Notes: generated from the sequence alone by a model not told the origin. DNA of 64,000 nt from an uncultured Desulfosarcina sp. (GCA_963674945.2 CAXXWQ010000003.1:1216001-1280000); one strand, 5' to 3'. Shown: positions 1 to 9,726, counted from the stretch's first letter. Program-made: numbers and translations.

Positions 1-3
1 TTC

Positions 4-1683
4 ATGTGGCGACTTTTAATGGAAATCGTTTTATTGCTTGCAACTGCTTTCGCGATAGGCACCGTCGCCCAGCGGCTAAAACAAAGCGCGATCATCGGCT
101 ACCTGGTGGCGGGTGCCATCGTCGGTCCGATTCTGTTCAATGCCCAGGCTGTCGAGCAGGTAGCCGAGCTGGGCGTGGCGCTGCTGCTTTTTTCCATCGG
201 GCTGGAATTTTCTTTTTCACGCCTGCGCCAACTCGGCACCATCGCGCTGGTTGGCGGAACTTCCCAGGTTATCATTACACTGGCTGTGTATGCGCTGGCG
301 GCGAGTACTGCCATGAATGCATCCGCAGCGGTGGTATTGGGCGCTATGGTCGCGCTGAGTTCGACCGCCGTCGTGCTGAGAATCCTGGTGGATAACGCCG
401 CGATCGATTCGGTTCACGGACGCAACGCACTGGGAATTTTATTGCTGCAGGATGTTGCGGTCGTCCCGCTGGTATTGCTGGTAACCATCTTGACCAAAGG
501 CGGCAGTGGTCAGGCCATCGCAATTCACATTGCCAAAACGGTGGCAGGGGCAACACTTTTGGTGATCGCCTTTTATTTTCTCTTTTACCACCTGGCACCC
601 AGGATTCTCATGACGCGCGGTGTATTTGCCAATCGGGAATTGGTGGTCATGCTGGCGATCATTTCAGCGCTGGGCTCCATCTGGGCGGGGCATGCGATGG
701 GTTTGTCTCCCGCGTTGGGAGCCTTTCTGGCAGGTATGCTTCTGGCCGAATCACCGTTTGCCACCCAGATACGCTCCGACATCGTCGGTATCCGCACCCT
801 GTTCGTAACACTTTTTTTCACGACAGTGGGCATGCTGGCCAATCCCTTGTGGTTTATAAAACATCTGCACCTTGTTGCCATCGCCCTGGCTGTGGTAGTT
901 TGTGGTAAAACAGCGATCATTTACGTCATCGTCCGAATATTGAAACATAAACCGGTCCAGGCATTGGCGACGGGTTTGACGCTGGCGCAAATCGGGGAGT
1001 TTGCTTTCGTATTGGCCAGTGCAGCGCGTGAAGGACGCATTATCGATGACAGCCAGTTTGCGCTGGTGGTTTCTGTAACCATTGTATCCATGTTTCTTGC
1101 TCCCTATCTGGTGACCAATGCCGAAGCATGGTCGACGTGGTTGTTGAAAAAACTCTTCCGCCTTCATATAACCGCTTCCGACCGGGTCTTACCCATAGGC
1201 ACCGCCGGCGGCGGAACTATTCTTATCGTCGGTTTCGGACCGGCCGGTCAGCGAGTGGCACAAACGCTGATAGATCGCCAGGTCAAGCCCCATGTTATCG
1301 AGCTTAACCCCGAAAGTGCCCAAAAGGCCCAAGCCCTTAAGTTGCCGGTATACATCGGTGATGCCACCAGTATTGAGGTGCTCGAACACGCAGGCATACA
1401 TTCGATTTGCGCCGTTGTTGTGACCCTCCCGGATCCGGCCACCGGTAGAAGTGTTATCGCCAACTGTAAGACGCTCATTCCGGAGGTGCCGGTTATCGTT
1501 CGAGCGCGTTACCACCGCCACGCAACCGATTTGAAAAAAGCCGGTGCCACAATCGTTATCGACGAGGAAGTAAAAGTGGGGGAAGCAATAGATCGGGAAC
1601 TGCAAAACCTGCTTCAGCAGCCGCAACAGGCGGCGATGGCTTGTGCCCTGGCGGGGCAGAAACCGGCCCCCGCCGTGCCATAG
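4..1683 (+). CDS. CPA2-family cation:proton antiporter (KefB/KefC-like) with C-terminal TrkA-N/RCK domain
   Basis: Many TM segments with AELGVALLLFSIGLE, LSSTAVV, GILLLQD, QIGEFAFVL; C-terminal GFGPAG Rossmann motif and GDAT. Confidence 0.93.
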   Translation: MWRLLMEIVLLLATAFAIGTVAQRLKQSAIIGYLVAGAIVGPILFNAQAVEQVAELGVALLLFSIGLEFSFSRLRQLGTIALVGGTSQVIITLAVYALAASTAMNASAAVVLGAMVALSSTAVVLRILVDNAAIDSVHGRNALGILLLQDVAVVPLVLLVTILTKGGSGQAIAIHIAKTVAGATLLVIAFYFLFYHLAPRILMTRGVFANRELVVMLAIISALGSIWAGHAMGLSPALGAFLAGMLLAESPFATQIRSDIVGIRTLFVTLFFTTVGMLANPLWFIKHLHLVAIALAVVVCGKTAIIYVIVRILKHKPVQALATGLTLAQIGEFAFVLASAAREGRIIDDSQFALVVSVTIVSMFLAPYLVTNAEAWSTWLLKKLFRLHITASDRVLPIGTAGGGTILIVGFGPAGQRVAQTLIDRQVKPHVIELNPESAQKAQALKLPVYIGDATSIEVLEHAGIHSICAVVVTLPDPATGRSVIANCKTLIPEVPVIVRARYHRHATDLKKAGATIVIDEEVKVGEAIDRELQNLLQQPQQAAMACALAGQKPAPAVP

Positions 1684-1748
1684 TCAAATAGAACAGATTG
1701 ATGATACAAACCATTTGCTTTTGACTGAAGCAAAAAAGGCTAAATACG

Positions 1749-2708
1749 ATGAATTTTTACCGACAATTTCGCCAAAGACAGTATTGGCGGAACGCTTTGA
1801 AAACGCGCAGAAACCGCAAAAAAAATCAGGCTTTGGATCTAATTGAACAAATGGTGGAAATTTTTGGGAAAAGACTGCCATACCTGCAAAACAACCGTTT
1901 TAAATTAATCCCGCTTGTGCATCATGCCGGTCGCTATATTAATTCCCTGGTGAAATCCATTCCCGGACCCGTGACTCTCGATCCGGCCGACTGGAGTCAC
2001 TCTCACCTTATTCATTCCATATTCCTATCGGAAAACCACGTACGACAACTTCTCAATTCCAGTTCTTCATTGCGAAGGTTTTTTAATAATTCCGACATGG
2101 AAATTGCTTATGCACTGCTCACGGCCCAAAAAAAAGAAAAGACAGTTACCGGAACGGAAAGGACGGGAGAAATCGTTCGCCGAGACGTGATTCAAAAGGC
2201 AATTTATTTTGAGGAACAAAAAATAACAATGCCCGCTGGCGAATTGGCAGAAAGTCGCCGGATGGGGAGAGTAAAATTGTTTACTGTGCTGTTTTCAGCA
2301 GCCGCTGAAAGAATATCATCCCTAAAAGAACTGAAATCACAACTTGAAATCCAACACGATGAGGTAACCGCAAAGAAAAACCTTTTAAAAGAAGATGATC
2401 ACAGGTTGAAAGAAATAAACGAACTCCATGATAGTATCGAAACAGAAATGAATGAGATCGGATCCGCACTAGATTCTTCTGATGATTATGTAGCGCCTTT
2501 GAAAGAGTTGCTCCAGAATCCAGAAAAGCATTTGTGGATTGAATCGCTTTCACTCAAGCTGAACTCAATGAACGTCGTTATAAGCGATTCAACAGCCGAA
2601 AAGACGGATCCGTTTTTCTTGGCGGAAATCCATTATAGTGGCGGGAGAAAGCAAGTGGCAACCTGGATTCGTGTGGAACGAGACGCCGTTCTTCGAGAAC
2701 CGAGATAG
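1749..2708 (+). CDS. Hypothetical protein with coiled-coil segment
   Basis: 319-aa ORF with protein-like composition; heptad-rich region ISSLKELKSQLEIQHDE...; no family recognised. Confidence 0.7.
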   Translation: MNFYRQFRQRQYWRNALKTRRNRKKNQALDLIEQMVEIFGKRLPYLQNNRFKLIPLVHHAGRYINSLVKSIPGPVTLDPADWSHSHLIHSIFLSENHVRQLLNSSSSLRRFFNNSDMEIAYALLTAQKKEKTVTGTERTGEIVRRDVIQKAIYFEEQKITMPAGELAESRRMGRVKLFTVLFSAAAERISSLKELKSQLEIQHDEVTAKKNLLKEDDHRLKEINELHDSIETEMNEIGSALDSSDDYVAPLKELLQNPEKHLWIESLSLKLNSMNVVISDSTAEKTDPFFLAEIHYSGGRKQVATWIRVERDAVLREPR

Positions 2709-2747
2709 TAAAAAAGGTCACGCCATCGAGTTCGCGATGAACAAAAA

Positions 2748-3266
2748 AATGCCTTCATGTTCGTGGACGAACCGGGATTACAATTCTTATTTTCAGCAAT
2801 GTCCGGCTACGGAGATCTGAAAGCCAGGGGCGATCTGGATCTGTTTTTCTCTCATGTCGACCGGCCGCGTGGCATCCATTTGTGCGGCAATCCAGATTGG
2901 GACTTTTTATTGAACCTGGATTTAGATGTACTCTCCCTTGATGTTTACACCAATGCTGAAATTTTCTCACCCTACGCATCTTCCATTAAAAAATTTATTG
3001 AACGGGATGGTGTCATTGTCTGGGGAATCGTGCCAACGGGATTCGAAACCTTCCAAAATGAAGATATGCCCTCCATGATGAAACGGCTGGAAACTGTCTG
3101 GCAAATCCTGTGGGGAAAAGGAATAGAAAGAGAACGTCTCATCGCCAAGAGTATGATTTCACCGGCAACGTGCTGTCTGGTCAATCCGGACAAGGAACTT
3201 ACGGTTGAAAGAGCTTTTGCTGCCGTGAAACAGATGTCGCATCTGTTACGGCAAAAATACCTATAG
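2748..3266 (+). pseudogene. C-terminal remnant of a cobalamin-independent methionine synthase/URO-D-fold protein
   Basis: Begins abruptly at NAFMFVDEPGL; has GIHLCGNPDW, IVWGIVPT, ISPATCCL motifs; no N-terminal half and no clear RBS. Confidence 0.6.
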
Positions 3267-3560
3267 CAGCCTAAAACCAGGAAGGGCGCCCATATTTTGC
3301 TTTCAATGCCAGGATACGGCAAAAAAATCAGGGATGCACGGTAAGGGGCGTTTGCGGTAAACCGGAGGAGACGGTTGATCTTCAAGATCTGCTGATTTAC
3401 GCGTGCGAGGGTATTTTGGTCTGCCGGCATCTTTCCCGGATGGTTCCCGCTTTTCCTTACGCCGCTTGTTGAGGAGTTGGCATGGCATCTCAAATAATTG
3501 AGATTCACTAAAAAATGATTACGTTGTCTCATATACTTGAGATTGCCAACAGGGGGAACG

Positions 3561-4841
3561 ATGAACACACGAAAGGAAAAGGCGAACCTGATGGTTTTGG
3601 AGAAGAAATGCAAATTCCTCGAGAACCAATGCAATACGTATATCGAAGCGCTGGAACAAACCAACCAACGATTGGAAAAGGAAATATCCGAACGCAAACG
3701 AATCGAAAAAGAAATTATTCAATCCAGGAACGATCTGGAAGGTATTGTCGCCAAGCGGACCAGAGAGATTCGCTTGCTCAAGGACCGGCTGCAGGCGGAA
3801 AACATAATTCTTAAGCGGGAGTTGGCCGAATCTCAATCATACGGCACAATAATTGGCGACAGCTATCCCATAAAGACTGTCATTTCACAGATCGAACTGG
3901 TTGCCCCAACCGATGCGAATGTTTTGATTCATGGTGAATCCGGCACCGGAAAAGAATTGGTGGCGCGCGAGATCCATCGACACAGCCAGAGAAAAGACAA
4001 ACCCATGGTCAAGGTTAACTGCGCCACCATCCCAAAAGAACTGTATGAAAGCGAGTTCTTCGGCCATGCCAAAGGAGCCTTCACCGGTGCTGTCAAGGAC
4101 CGCATCGGTAGGTTTGAAGCAGCCGACGGAGGTACTATCTTTTTGGATGAAGTTGGCGAGATTCCACTCGATCTGCAAAGCAAACTGCTGAGAATCCTGC
4201 AAGAAGGCGAATATGAACGCGTAGGAGAGGAAAAGACCAGACGTGTGGATGTACGCATCATTGCCGCCACCAACAAGAAGCTGTTAAAGGAAGTGAGGGC
4301 CAATCGATTTCGGGACGATCTGTTTTATCGACTGAACGTATTTCCCATTGAGATCGACCCCTTACGGGAACGCAAGGACGACATCCAGCTCCTGGCAACC
4401 CATTTCGTCGACAAGCTGTCAAAAAAGCTAAATGTTCCTGGGCCACCGCTAACCAAGGCCAATGTGTTGGATCTGCAATCGTATGACTGGCCGGGAAACG
4501 TGCGCGAGTTGGAAAATGCGGTAGAACGGGCGATCATTCTTACGCGAACAAACAACCTGGATTTTTCCTCGATTCAGGATAAGTCCATGCCCAATTCAAT
4601 CTTTCCTGTTGAACGTAAAGTGCAAAAGAGTATTGATCAGTCTGTACTGTCGGCAACAGAAATGAAGCAGCTCGAGAGGCAAAACACGATAAACGCACTG
4701 CAGGAATGCAACTGGAAAATTTATGGAAATGACGGTGCAGCCAGCCTGATGGACATTAAACCGACTACCCTGATTGAACGCATGAAACGGATGCAGATTA
4801 ACAAACCTTCTAAAAATACAAAATTATCACCGCGTCAATGA
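3561..4841 (+). CDS. Sigma54-dependent enhancer-binding activator (AAA+ and Fis-type HTH) with coiled-coil N-terminus
   Basis: GESGTGKE Walker A, GAFTGA, FLDEVGE Walker B, WPGNVRELEN, C-terminal HTH; start placed at ATG 3561 after GGGGG. Confidence 0.93.
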   Translation: MNTRKEKANLMVLEKKCKFLENQCNTYIEALEQTNQRLEKEISERKRIEKEIIQSRNDLEGIVAKRTREIRLLKDRLQAENIILKRELAESQSYGTIIGDSYPIKTVISQIELVAPTDANVLIHGESGTGKELVAREIHRHSQRKDKPMVKVNCATIPKELYESEFFGHAKGAFTGAVKDRIGRFEAADGGTIFLDEVGEIPLDLQSKLLRILQEGEYERVGEEKTRRVDVRIIAATNKKLLKEVRANRFRDDLFYRLNVFPIEIDPLRERKDDIQLLATHFVDKLSKKLNVPGPPLTKANVLDLQSYDWPGNVRELENAVERAIILTRTNNLDFSSIQDKSMPNSIFPVERKVQKSIDQSVLSATEMKQLERQNTINALQECNWKIYGNDGAASLMDIKPTTLIERMKRMQINKPSKNTKLSPRQ

Positions 4842-5025
4842 TACAACAGGGTACTGAACACGAACCGAATCCAACCCTGTTCGGGCCAAGGCTTTTCGAT
4901 TCAATATATACCGTGATATCTCCTGGCTTCGGACAACTATCTTGCGTTACGGTGCGTCCGTGCCTTCATGGAAATGGTTTGGAACTTCTTATGGCCGCCG
5001 TTTTTGCTTTAAAACAGTGCCGGAG

Positions 5026-6366
5026 TCAGTTCATGCATGGGTTACTGATCCCGGAACCGCCCGATTGTCTGGATAGCAATTCATATTTGGCTGAAATCAA
5101 GTCGAAATATGATTTCTGTGAAAGTTCTTGCAGGTAAAGATTTGACAGGTACCACCGTTTCGCATAGATGCCGACGGTCCGGAAAATATCACAATGCCTG
5201 GCGACCATCATATCGAACGCCTTGCGCCGCATTCCGAGCGCGGTGGGAGCCATTTCGAAAGGGGTCAGCCCATTATACCGGTTTGCGTACACGTCGCGTG
5301 AGCGTGTGGGTGCAAGAATGCGCTTTTCGAAGACGATGCCTTCCTGTCTGGATAGCAGTTGGGCGAGCCGCCCAACCATGGCCTTGATCAGCATTTGCGC
5401 CCATTGTCGCTGCCAGTTTCGCGGCAGGGCGGAAAAGGGTATATCCGGGCGCGCACGGATGAACCGGTCACAGTCGCTTATGATCTTGCGAGCCCTCCAG
5501 TCGGCTATCCGCTTGGCCCTTCCGGTTTCGTACGTCCAGATGCTCCGCCCCAGATAGTGCCGGGCGCTTTTCTTTGTGTGTATGCGCAGAAAGCGGAGCT
5601 CTTCCCGGATGTCGAGATACGGTGTGTACCCGGATTTACCACCCGATATGGATTCCTTGAGCCTTTCGATCTCTCTTGCATCTTTGGTGGCCAGTGCTTT
5701 TTCGGTCCTGCGCTTGAGGTTTCGTGCGTGATCATAGATATCTCTGGAGACCCGCTTGAGTTCGCCAGATACATACCGGTCGAGAGTCTGGTTCAAAATG
5801 GACGTCGGGTGAACCCCCAGATGATTCCACAGGTACGCAAGGACGGGCTGGATCCGGCTGTAAGATACCATGACGCTATGAGGAAACTCGTCAAACTCAT
5901 CCAGCCACTGATCAAGAAGCAATTCGTCGATGCCTGCATCGGTGAATTTTTTGCGCATGAACCGCTCCAGTCCTGCGTCAATCATACGGGTTTTGCCGCT
6001 GAATATTCTGAGGTCGGGTTTCCGGGGATGCTCGGTTCCATAAAATTCCCGGTAAAGGTCCGACCGTGTGAGTTCTTCGTTGAGAAAGAGCCAAAGGCGA
6101 ACCATTCGTCGAAACAGACCACCGTCCACTTTTTTGAGATAACGGTGTGGCGGCGGTTCTCGGAACAACATCCGGTAGTGACGGTCCGAAACCGATGCAA
6201 CCCGGCCGTGAACCACATTGTAGACCAGCATGTAGGGCAGGCCCGTGCGTTTCGCCAACATCGGCACGGTGCTCCCTCCCTGTATTTCGGCAAGACGGTC
6301 AAGGTCCCGGTCGTTCAGCGGAATGCGAGGTTTTTTTACTCGTTTTTGGTGATCCGTATTTTTCAT
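5026..6366 (-). CDS. Hypothetical basic protein with apparent tandem XRE-like HTH units
   Basis: Long ORF; TVPMLAKRTGLPYMLVYNVVHGR resembles an HTH; three further similar units. Confidence 0.7.
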   Translation of the reverse strand: MKNTDHQKRVKKPRIPLNDRDLDRLAEIQGGSTVPMLAKRTGLPYMLVYNVVHGRVASVSDRHYRMLFREPPPHRYLKKVDGGLFRRMVRLWLFLNEELTRSDLYREFYGTEHPRKPDLRIFSGKTRMIDAGLERFMRKKFTDAGIDELLLDQWLDEFDEFPHSVMVSYSRIQPVLAYLWNHLGVHPTSILNQTLDRYVSGELKRVSRDIYDHARNLKRRTEKALATKDAREIERLKESISGGKSGYTPYLDIREELRFLRIHTKKSARHYLGRSIWTYETGRAKRIADWRARKIISDCDRFIRARPDIPFSALPRNWQRQWAQMLIKAMVGRLAQLLSRQEGIVFEKRILAPTRSRDVYANRYNGLTPFEMAPTALGMRRKAFDMMVARHCDIFRTVGIYAKRWYLSNLYLQELSQKSYFDLISAKYELLSRQSGGSGISNPCMN

Positions 6367-6712
6367 GTGCATCACCTTACAGGAACCGTGGGGGAGATGG
6401 ATGCGCCTCGGCGGAAAGCGAACAATCAACTCACCTTACGAGTGCCTGCCCGCTGACCGCTTTTCCTGTCGGCATCCCGGTAGCATTGATCAAATGTTAC
6501 ATAACCGACAGTACATAAAACACCGAATTGGGATTCAACATTAGCGCGGCAATGTAGCGGTCTTCTCGTCAATATACCTCGAAATCGGCTAAACCCTGCC
6601 GCCCATGGCACCGGTCGGATCATTCCCCCGGGATATTCAGGATGGCGGGCGTTCGGCAGGTATATCATAATCTTTATCGAAACAGAGAAAGCCTGCTTCA
6701 GCTCATTGGTCC

Positions 6713-7180
6713 TCAAGATGCCTTCTTCATTTCTACAGGCTCTCCGCTTGTCGGAACCATCATCACCGGCACGGGGGAATCTTTGAGAATTTTCTCTGCG
6801 ACGGTACCAATTTGAAAAGCCTCTCCAGTACCCCGTGTTGCCAGAACCACAAGGTCGACCTTCTCCTGTAAGGCCGTTTTAATGATTTCCTCGGCAGGAT
6901 CACCCGCGGCTATGTGCTTAACGTAAAGCGGACACCCCTCAAGCTCCTGTGAACAGATTTGGTCCAGACGTTCCGCAGCCTTTTTGTGTTCCCATTCGAA
7001 TATCCGATCTATATGATCCTGTTCGAAATTTCCATAAAGCCCACGATGGTGGGCTATATCTGTAATCACATAAAGGACGTGGATTTCGGCATCATGTATT
7101 TCAGTCAGCGTTTTTACGGTTTCCAATGCGTGCTTTGCTCTACCTGAAAAATCGGTCGGCCAAAGTATCTTTTTTTTCAT
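6713..7180 (-). CDS. Universal stress protein
   Basis: KKILWPTDFS, GDPAEEII, DLVVLATRG, GTVAEKIL...PVPVMMV. Confidence 0.93.
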   Translation of the reverse strand: MKKKILWPTDFSGRAKHALETVKTLTEIHDAEIHVLYVITDIAHHRGLYGNFEQDHIDRIFEWEHKKAAERLDQICSQELEGCPLYVKHIAAGDPAEEIIKTALQEKVDLVVLATRGTGEAFQIGTVAEKILKDSPVPVMMVPTSGEPVEMKKAS

Positions 7181-7215
7181 GGTAATATCCTCAAATTAAT
7201 CGCTCAATAAACCGG

Positions 7216-7599
7216 TTAAAAGTCGCTGAGAATCTGTATTTCAGAACCCATGCCATAGCGAGGCGAGATAGTGTTGCCTTCAAGCCTTACAGACCGCTGG
7301 ACCTTGGCAAGGACATGCGACCTGAACAGCGTACAGACCTCGGCGTCGCTGTTCGAAATTGAAAATGAAGGAACATTGAATACAGTCTCGTTATCCAAGA
7401 AGTCGGCAGCACCCAAAGTTCTGAGCACGATCGTGTTACCCGGCGGGATCTTACGATTCGATTCGAAGTAAATACCGCGAGAACTGTAATTGCGGATAAG
7501 CACAAGCTGATTTTCATTTCCATTCAATGAGGTGCAATGTATGCCAACATCTTTGGTACAGCGGTATTGTGATCGTCTGTCTTTGACTTCGGCCGCCAT
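7216..7599 (-). CDS. PilZ-domain protein
   Basis: RRSQYR (RxxxR) and NYSSRG (D/NxSxxG) c-di-GMP motifs; AAGGAG RBS. Confidence 0.75.
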   Translation of the reverse strand: MAAEVKDRRSQYRCTKDVGIHCTSLNGNENQLVLIRNYSSRGIYFESNRKIPPGNTIVLRTLGAADFLDNETVFNVPSFSISNSDAEVCTLFRSHVLAKVQRSVRLEGNTISPRYGMGSEIQILSDF

Positions 7600-7726
7600 C
7601 TGTTCGACTCCTTATTAGTGGCTAAAGGATATACAGCCCGGCCAGGTGTTTCCATGTATTGATGTCCTAACTTTTCAGGCTAACTGACAGTACTGAAGCC
7701 GCAAACCTGACACTGCCTGCTCACCA

Positions 7727-7888
7727 TCAACAGCAGTAAACCAAACTGGACGAGCAGCAGCATGGATCTACGTAACAACCACAACTGTCAACGACGTAGC
7801 AACAACTGCGGTCTTTTCTGCCAGATTCATTGGAAACATCTTTTTTGGTTTCTTTTTGGATTTCCTTTTTTTTATCTTTTTTACTTAT
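7727..7888 (-). CDS. Small Cys-rich peptide (53 aa from ATA; 66 aa from ATG 7927)
   Basis: Lys-rich N-terminus then SCCYVVDSCGCYVDPCCCSSSLVYCC (9 Cys); GGAGG 6 nt upstream of ATA at 7888. Confidence 0.6.
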   Translation of the reverse strand: MSKKDKKKEIQKETKKDVSNESGRKDRSCCYVVDSCGCYVDPCCCSSSLVYCC

Positions 7889-7965
7889 GGTCGACCTCCA
7901 AAAATATGAAAATTGATGATTTTGCATAGGACATTGATATTCATCATCATCCCTTCCTCTTGAAT

Positions 7966-7982
7966 TTCAATTGTCATGCCGG
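7966..7982 (-). promoter_or_regulatory. Candidate sigma54 -24/-12 promoter (leftward)
   Basis: CCGGCATGACAATTGAA on minus strand; correct spacing, but GA instead of GC at -12. Confidence 0.4.
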
Positions 7983-8292
7983 TTTGCCATTGCTAACTAA
8001 GCTCTTGAGCCTATTCATAATTTCACATTCGTTTCCCCATATCGCCTCTCAATTCTTTGATTATATCAATATTTTGAGTATTATCATCAAACTGTTGATC
8101 AATATTTCTGCTTTCTTGCAGAGACCATAATTGAATTGATGGGTATCTCAACGGATACATTCCCGCGGCATCATAAGTTATGACGTAAACGATATTCCCA
8201 AATGCTTTGTTACAGGTGTTTTTGGACTTTGCTTCCAAAAATCATGGATACGTTTCAGGTGTAAAAAGTATTCATCTGCTTGAAACAAATTT

Positions 8293-8309
8293 TTGGAATG
8301 TAGCTTGCA
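8293..8309 (+). promoter_or_regulatory. Candidate sigma54 -24/-12 promoter (rightward)
   Basis: TTGGAATGTAGCTTGCA; GG 8295-8296 and GC 8307-8308 at canonical spacing in an AT-rich intergenic region. Confidence 0.6.
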
Positions 8310-8482
8310 GAATATGGTTGTCGTTAGGGCATCTGCAGTTAAAATGAGGCAACTCTCTCGGAGGGAAAATGAACAACTACCAATGGCTGCTATCTAACGA
8401 GAACGTGATCCAAAGCGTATTTTGAGTTTCGATGCAAATATACAGTTTTGGATCCATAGAACGAGAATCAAGGAGGAATTTC

Positions 8483-8713
8483 ATGCTGACCAACAAGCAA
8501 ATATGTGATCGACTTTCTTCGTTATATCCGGATTTCGGAACCTGTGGTGAAAACTTGGACATTCACTGGGATGAGAAAAACGAATCCTGGAAGGTCGATT
8601 TTGAGTATGAGGGCAACAGGATCCGCCACTATCTTGACAACAAGGATGCCGCTGCCTGTGTGATTAACGATCAATGCGTGGGATTAGGAATCGAATTTGG
8701 ACAATTTCGATAA
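8483..8713 (+). CDS. Small hypothetical protein (76 aa)
   Basis: Strong AGGAGG RBS before ATG 8483; four Cys; no family recognised. Confidence 0.75.
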   Translation: MLTNKQICDRLSSLYPDFGTCGENLDIHWDEKNESWKVDFEYEGNRIRHYLDNKDAAACVINDQCVGLGIEFGQFR

Positions 8714-8719
8714 GCGATT

Positions 8720-9007
8720 ATGAGAATTCGAAACCTGAAAATAAACATTCTCTATTTTTTATGCAATCCGATGAGCGGCCGAGATGAGGACGGTACTGCA
8801 ATTGACAAGGACTTGATGGACGAATTTTCCGGTATTCCAGAGGAAGCCATCCAATCGGCTGTTGAAACGATGATTGCCGACGACTTGATCCGGCGGGATT
8901 CGTCAAAAGCGCATCTGACAATCACTGCAAAGGGAATCAATCAACTGAAATCATCCGTCGCTTATCGCATGCAAAACTTCGAATGCGTATTTTTTAACCA
9001 CAATTAG
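8720..9007 (+). CDS. Small hypothetical protein, possibly winged-helix
   Basis: IPEEAIQSAVETMIADDLIRR...LTITAKGINQL resembles a wHTH recognition helix plus wing. Confidence 0.6.
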   Translation: MRIRNLKINILYFLCNPMSGRDEDGTAIDKDLMDEFSGIPEEAIQSAVETMIADDLIRRDSSKAHLTITAKGINQLKSSVAYRMQNFECVFFNHN

Positions 9008-9052
9008 GTCAACCGACGCAATAATTGTAAGGACGGAAGGAAACATAATACT

Positions 9053-9208
9053 ATGGAAGATAACCAAACCCAAAAAGATCTCAGCGCTAACGAACCAACC
9101 ATTACCTCCCAATCCCAGTGGGAGGATGAAGAGCAATGCTCAGAAATTACAGATGAGGATGAATGTTATGGCGAAACGTGCTGTGAAGCATGTTGCTGCT
9201 GTTGGTAA
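9053..9208 (+). CDS. Small acidic Cys-rich peptide (51 aa), absent from the ORF track
   Basis: Manual translation MEDNQTQKDLSANEPTITSQSQWEDEEQCSEITDEDECYGETCCEACCCCW*; GGAAGG upstream; fits between flanking genes. Confidence 0.65.
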   Translation: MEDNQTQKDLSANEPTITSQSQWEDEEQCSEITDEDECYGETCCEACCCCW

Positions 9209-9228
9209 ATTATGAAGATCGCTTTAAC

Positions 9229-9726
9229 ATGCAACCTAACATAGCCACAGACGATTCAACCACCAACATCTCGGAAGAAAGCTTTGATTTCGGCGGCCTG
9301 GGCGTCGATTGGAAGATTGACGGTCCGATCACGCAATCCCGTTTTGCCGTCGTCCATCATCCCATGGCCCCTCATGCACTGGCGGCGCCATTGCACCGAC
9401 ATACACATGAAGATGAATACTCATTTGTTCTCCGCGGAACACTCGGCGCTCTTCTGGGAGACGAAGTGGTCACCGCCAACCCAGGCACATGGGTGATCAA
9501 ACCGCGTGGGCAGTGGCATACGTTTTGGAACGCCGGAGACATCCCCTGTGAAATCATCGAAATCATTTCACCGGCCGGGTTCGAAAACTACTTCCGTGAG
9601 GTTGCGGCTGCCTGGGGGGATTTGGATCAATTTGCCAGGATCAATGACAAATATGACCTGGATATGGATTTTGACAGCGTTCCGGGCCTTTGCGACCGAT
9701 TTGGGCTGACATTTCCAACCCTGTAG
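9229..9726 (+). CDS. Cupin-domain protein
   Basis: PLHRHTHEDEYSFVLRG and PRGQWHTFWN cupin metal motifs. Confidence 0.9.
   Translation: MQPNIATDDSTTNISEESFDFGGLGVDWKIDGPITQSRFAVVHHPMAPHALAAPLHRHTHEDEYSFVLRGTLGALLGDEVVTANPGTWVIKPRGQWHTFWNAGDIPCEIIEIISPAGFENYFREVAAAWGDLDQFARINDKYDLDMDFDSVPGLCDRFGLTFPTL

Noticed and set aside
3303..3488. 61-aa basic ORF divergent from the sigma54 activator
   Set aside because: No clear RBS or motif; more likely promoter DNA
5359..6456. 365-aa plus-strand ORF
   Set aside because: Antisense to the longer minus-strand ORF, which has repeat structure and a plausible RBS
7660..7726. c-di-GMP riboswitch upstream of the PilZ gene (GCAAACC present)
   Set aside because: The motif is on the wrong strand for that gene and the GNRA tetraloop/receptor architecture is missing
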